Shown: positions 61,925 through 64,000 of the stretch, one piece after another
Layout of the letters: every line of letters begins with the position of its first letter
Numbering within the stretch: the stretch's first letter is position 1
NCBI GenBank assembly: GCA_965649825.1
Contig: OZ287698.1
Span: forward strand, 759,949 to 823,948
DNA length: 64,000 nucleotides
Reading direction: 5' to 3'
Origin: Penicillus capitatus
Taxonomy: Eukaryota; Plantae; Chlorophyta
Translations under genes and position numbers: made by a program
Notes under the pieces: generated by a model
What the model saw: the letters and a program-made list of their open reading frames with translations, nothing else
The model's database searches: none
Told to the model about the DNA's origin: nothing

Positions 61925-63869
61925 ATGCTGTTGCATGTACGTCCATTCACGCTGGCACATCGCCACAGCCATACAGCCAAGACGGCCATCTGTCGTTCAT
62001 CGCGCACGATTCTTGCCTTGCATTCCATGAAACCACTGGCCACTGCAGCAGAGATAGAACGCGTTCGCAAGACGTTCTCGAAGAGAGTGGTGCGCATTTC
62101 TCGATGGACGCAGCCGATTCGATGTCCGTATCATCAGGCTGTGATCGGAGCTGGTAGCGCAGGACTCGTCTGTGCCAAAGAGTGCCGAAGGGAGGGTCAT
62201 CGGGTCGTCGTCTTTGAAAAGGGCAATCGCATCGGCGGCACATGGGTGGTAGATCGCGCCCCAGACGATCTATCGGAGCTATCGAGTATGCGTCCTTACC
62301 TGCGCTTTCCATTGCGTCAATGTCATATGCGGCAGTCTTGGGCAAGGAAGGAAAGCAGCGCTCAGCAGAAGTGCATAGCAGTATGTATGATAATCTGAGA
62401 ACAAATCTGCCCAGGGAGCTCATGGGATTCGAAGACTTCCCATTCGATACAGACTTCACTGGATCCGAAGATCCTCGCCGTTTCTGTACACATCACGAGG
62501 TCGCTTATCGACGATTGGCTGCACTGCTAGTAAATCGATCGTGATCTAAATTAGGTGCGGCGATACCTGGAGGCCTATGTTCGGCATGTTGATCTGGAAT
62601 CTGTCCTTCAATTTCAATCGATGGTGACAAGAGTCGAACCGACGGAGAGGAAGGAGCTGCCGTGGGATGTCGAAGTGTTGACCAATGGCGCAAAACAAGT
62701 AGATCTGGGTTGTTACACGATGGTCTCTTGTGATGTTCATGACCTTACAGCTCCACAGATTCGATGCCGTGGCTGTGTGCAATGGACATAACACGGTTCC
62801 CTACTATCCAGACGTTGAAGGACTCGATCTCTTCGACAGACCTGTCCTACACAGTCATCTGTACAGAAATGCAACACTCTTTGCTGGCAAGACGGTCGTT
62901 GTGCTAGGTAGGTATATTGTGAATTGTCTGAGTTATGTAGCTAACGGCTTTGCTATCAGGGAACTCGAATTCTGGACGTGATCTGGCGGAAGAGATTGGA
63001 ATGGTGGCTAAGGTCGTGTACATGTGTGGGAGAACATGGCGTCCTGGTCTCGATCTTACGAAACCGGTCGGTGAAAGAGAGAATGTTTTTCGCTGTCCTG
63101 CCATTGCTTCATGCACAGGGTCAGGAAAACTGCAACTTACCGTACGTGCCCCTCATCATACACATCATTCACGATTCTACTGTCTAGGATGGACGGGAGT
63201 TGAGTGATATCGATGTGCTGTTGTTCTGTACAGGTTATCAGTACGACTTTCCTTTTTTGGAATCGTCCGATCTCGTATCGACAAATCCAAGAGGCGTCGT
63301 CTATCCGCTCTACAAAGAGATGATCCATCCACGTTTCCCAACCCTGAGTTTCATAAGTGCGTCTAAAGAAGCGAGATGAGGCGTTGTGAGTGGATCGATG
63401 GCATTTCAGGTCTCCAAACGAAGTCGGTGCCGTTCTTTGTGGCGCAGATTCAGTCGCAGGTTGTTGCTCGCGTCTGGTCCGGGAGATGTCGTTTGCCTAG
63501 CCCCGATGTGATGATGGCTGAGATAGATCAAACCCTTGAATCCTATAAGCATCGTGGCAAACCTATGGAGTGTGTGATGACGATGCATCCAAACACGATC
63601 TGTGCATATGGTTGTGTAGGAAATACTTATGCTTTGAAGATCAGTTTGAGTACCTGAACGAAATCGCCGCCTTCTGTGACGATATGGATCCCATGCCCGA
63701 GTGGCGGCGACAGATGCTGGAAGCATCCCTCCGTAACAGGACCACAGACACAAGTGCATATAGAGACAACGAAATGACAGATGACTGTTTTCGACAAGCG
63801 CGAGAGAAATTCGCATCGATGAGAAGCAAAACGGATCGAAAGGAGGATCCAACATTGTATGAGCTTTAA
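61925..63869 (+). CDS. Flavin-containing monooxygenase (plant FMO GS-OX-like type), multi-exon, possible N-terminal transit peptide
   Basis: After removing intron 62090-62137: KRVAVIGAGSAG (FAD), GGTW, SSMYDNLRTNLPRELMGF, AVCNGH, FDRPVLHSHLYR (FMO signature), VVVLGNSNSG (NADPH), CTGYQYDFPFL. The start ATG at 61925 is inferred. Confidence 0.9.
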
Positions 63870-64000
63870 AGAATATCTTGATGGATACACATCATCTGTT
63901 CCTGGACTTCAGAATCCAAGATTGAGAAAACGTCTCATGTAAGAATGACGCAGACTGAAATGTCGGGGAACAGTCGTCTGATAGTCTTCGCAGATATACG

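Overview
This is eukaryotic genomic DNA: genes have ~45-70-nt spliceosomal introns and end in TAA, TAG or TGA. The plant-type FMO suggests a green alga (inference only). About 4-54 kb is a tandem array with an exact 22,052-bp period. Each unit holds one ~6.2-kb intron-containing gene for a large surface protein (signal peptide, GGA(I/V)/FxxN beta-helix repeats, Cys-rich stalk, ~8-9 TM segments). A spacer carries three nested minus-strand retroelements, each with a readable target-site duplication (TSD). A 5'-truncated LINE (family B, 16-bp TSD) is split by a very compact Ty3/Gypsy element (99-bp LTRs, 4-bp TSD). That Gypsy is split by a ~5.4-kb LINE (family A, 15-bp TSD). The Gypsy copy at 1-4142 still has the empty LINE-A site. 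The third surface-protein gene is a mosaic of near-identical and diverged segments. Right of the array are TOP3B (minus strand) and a flavin-containing monooxygenase (plus strand). I saw no rRNA, tRNA or CRISPR array. All comparisons were made by eye; no database search was run.
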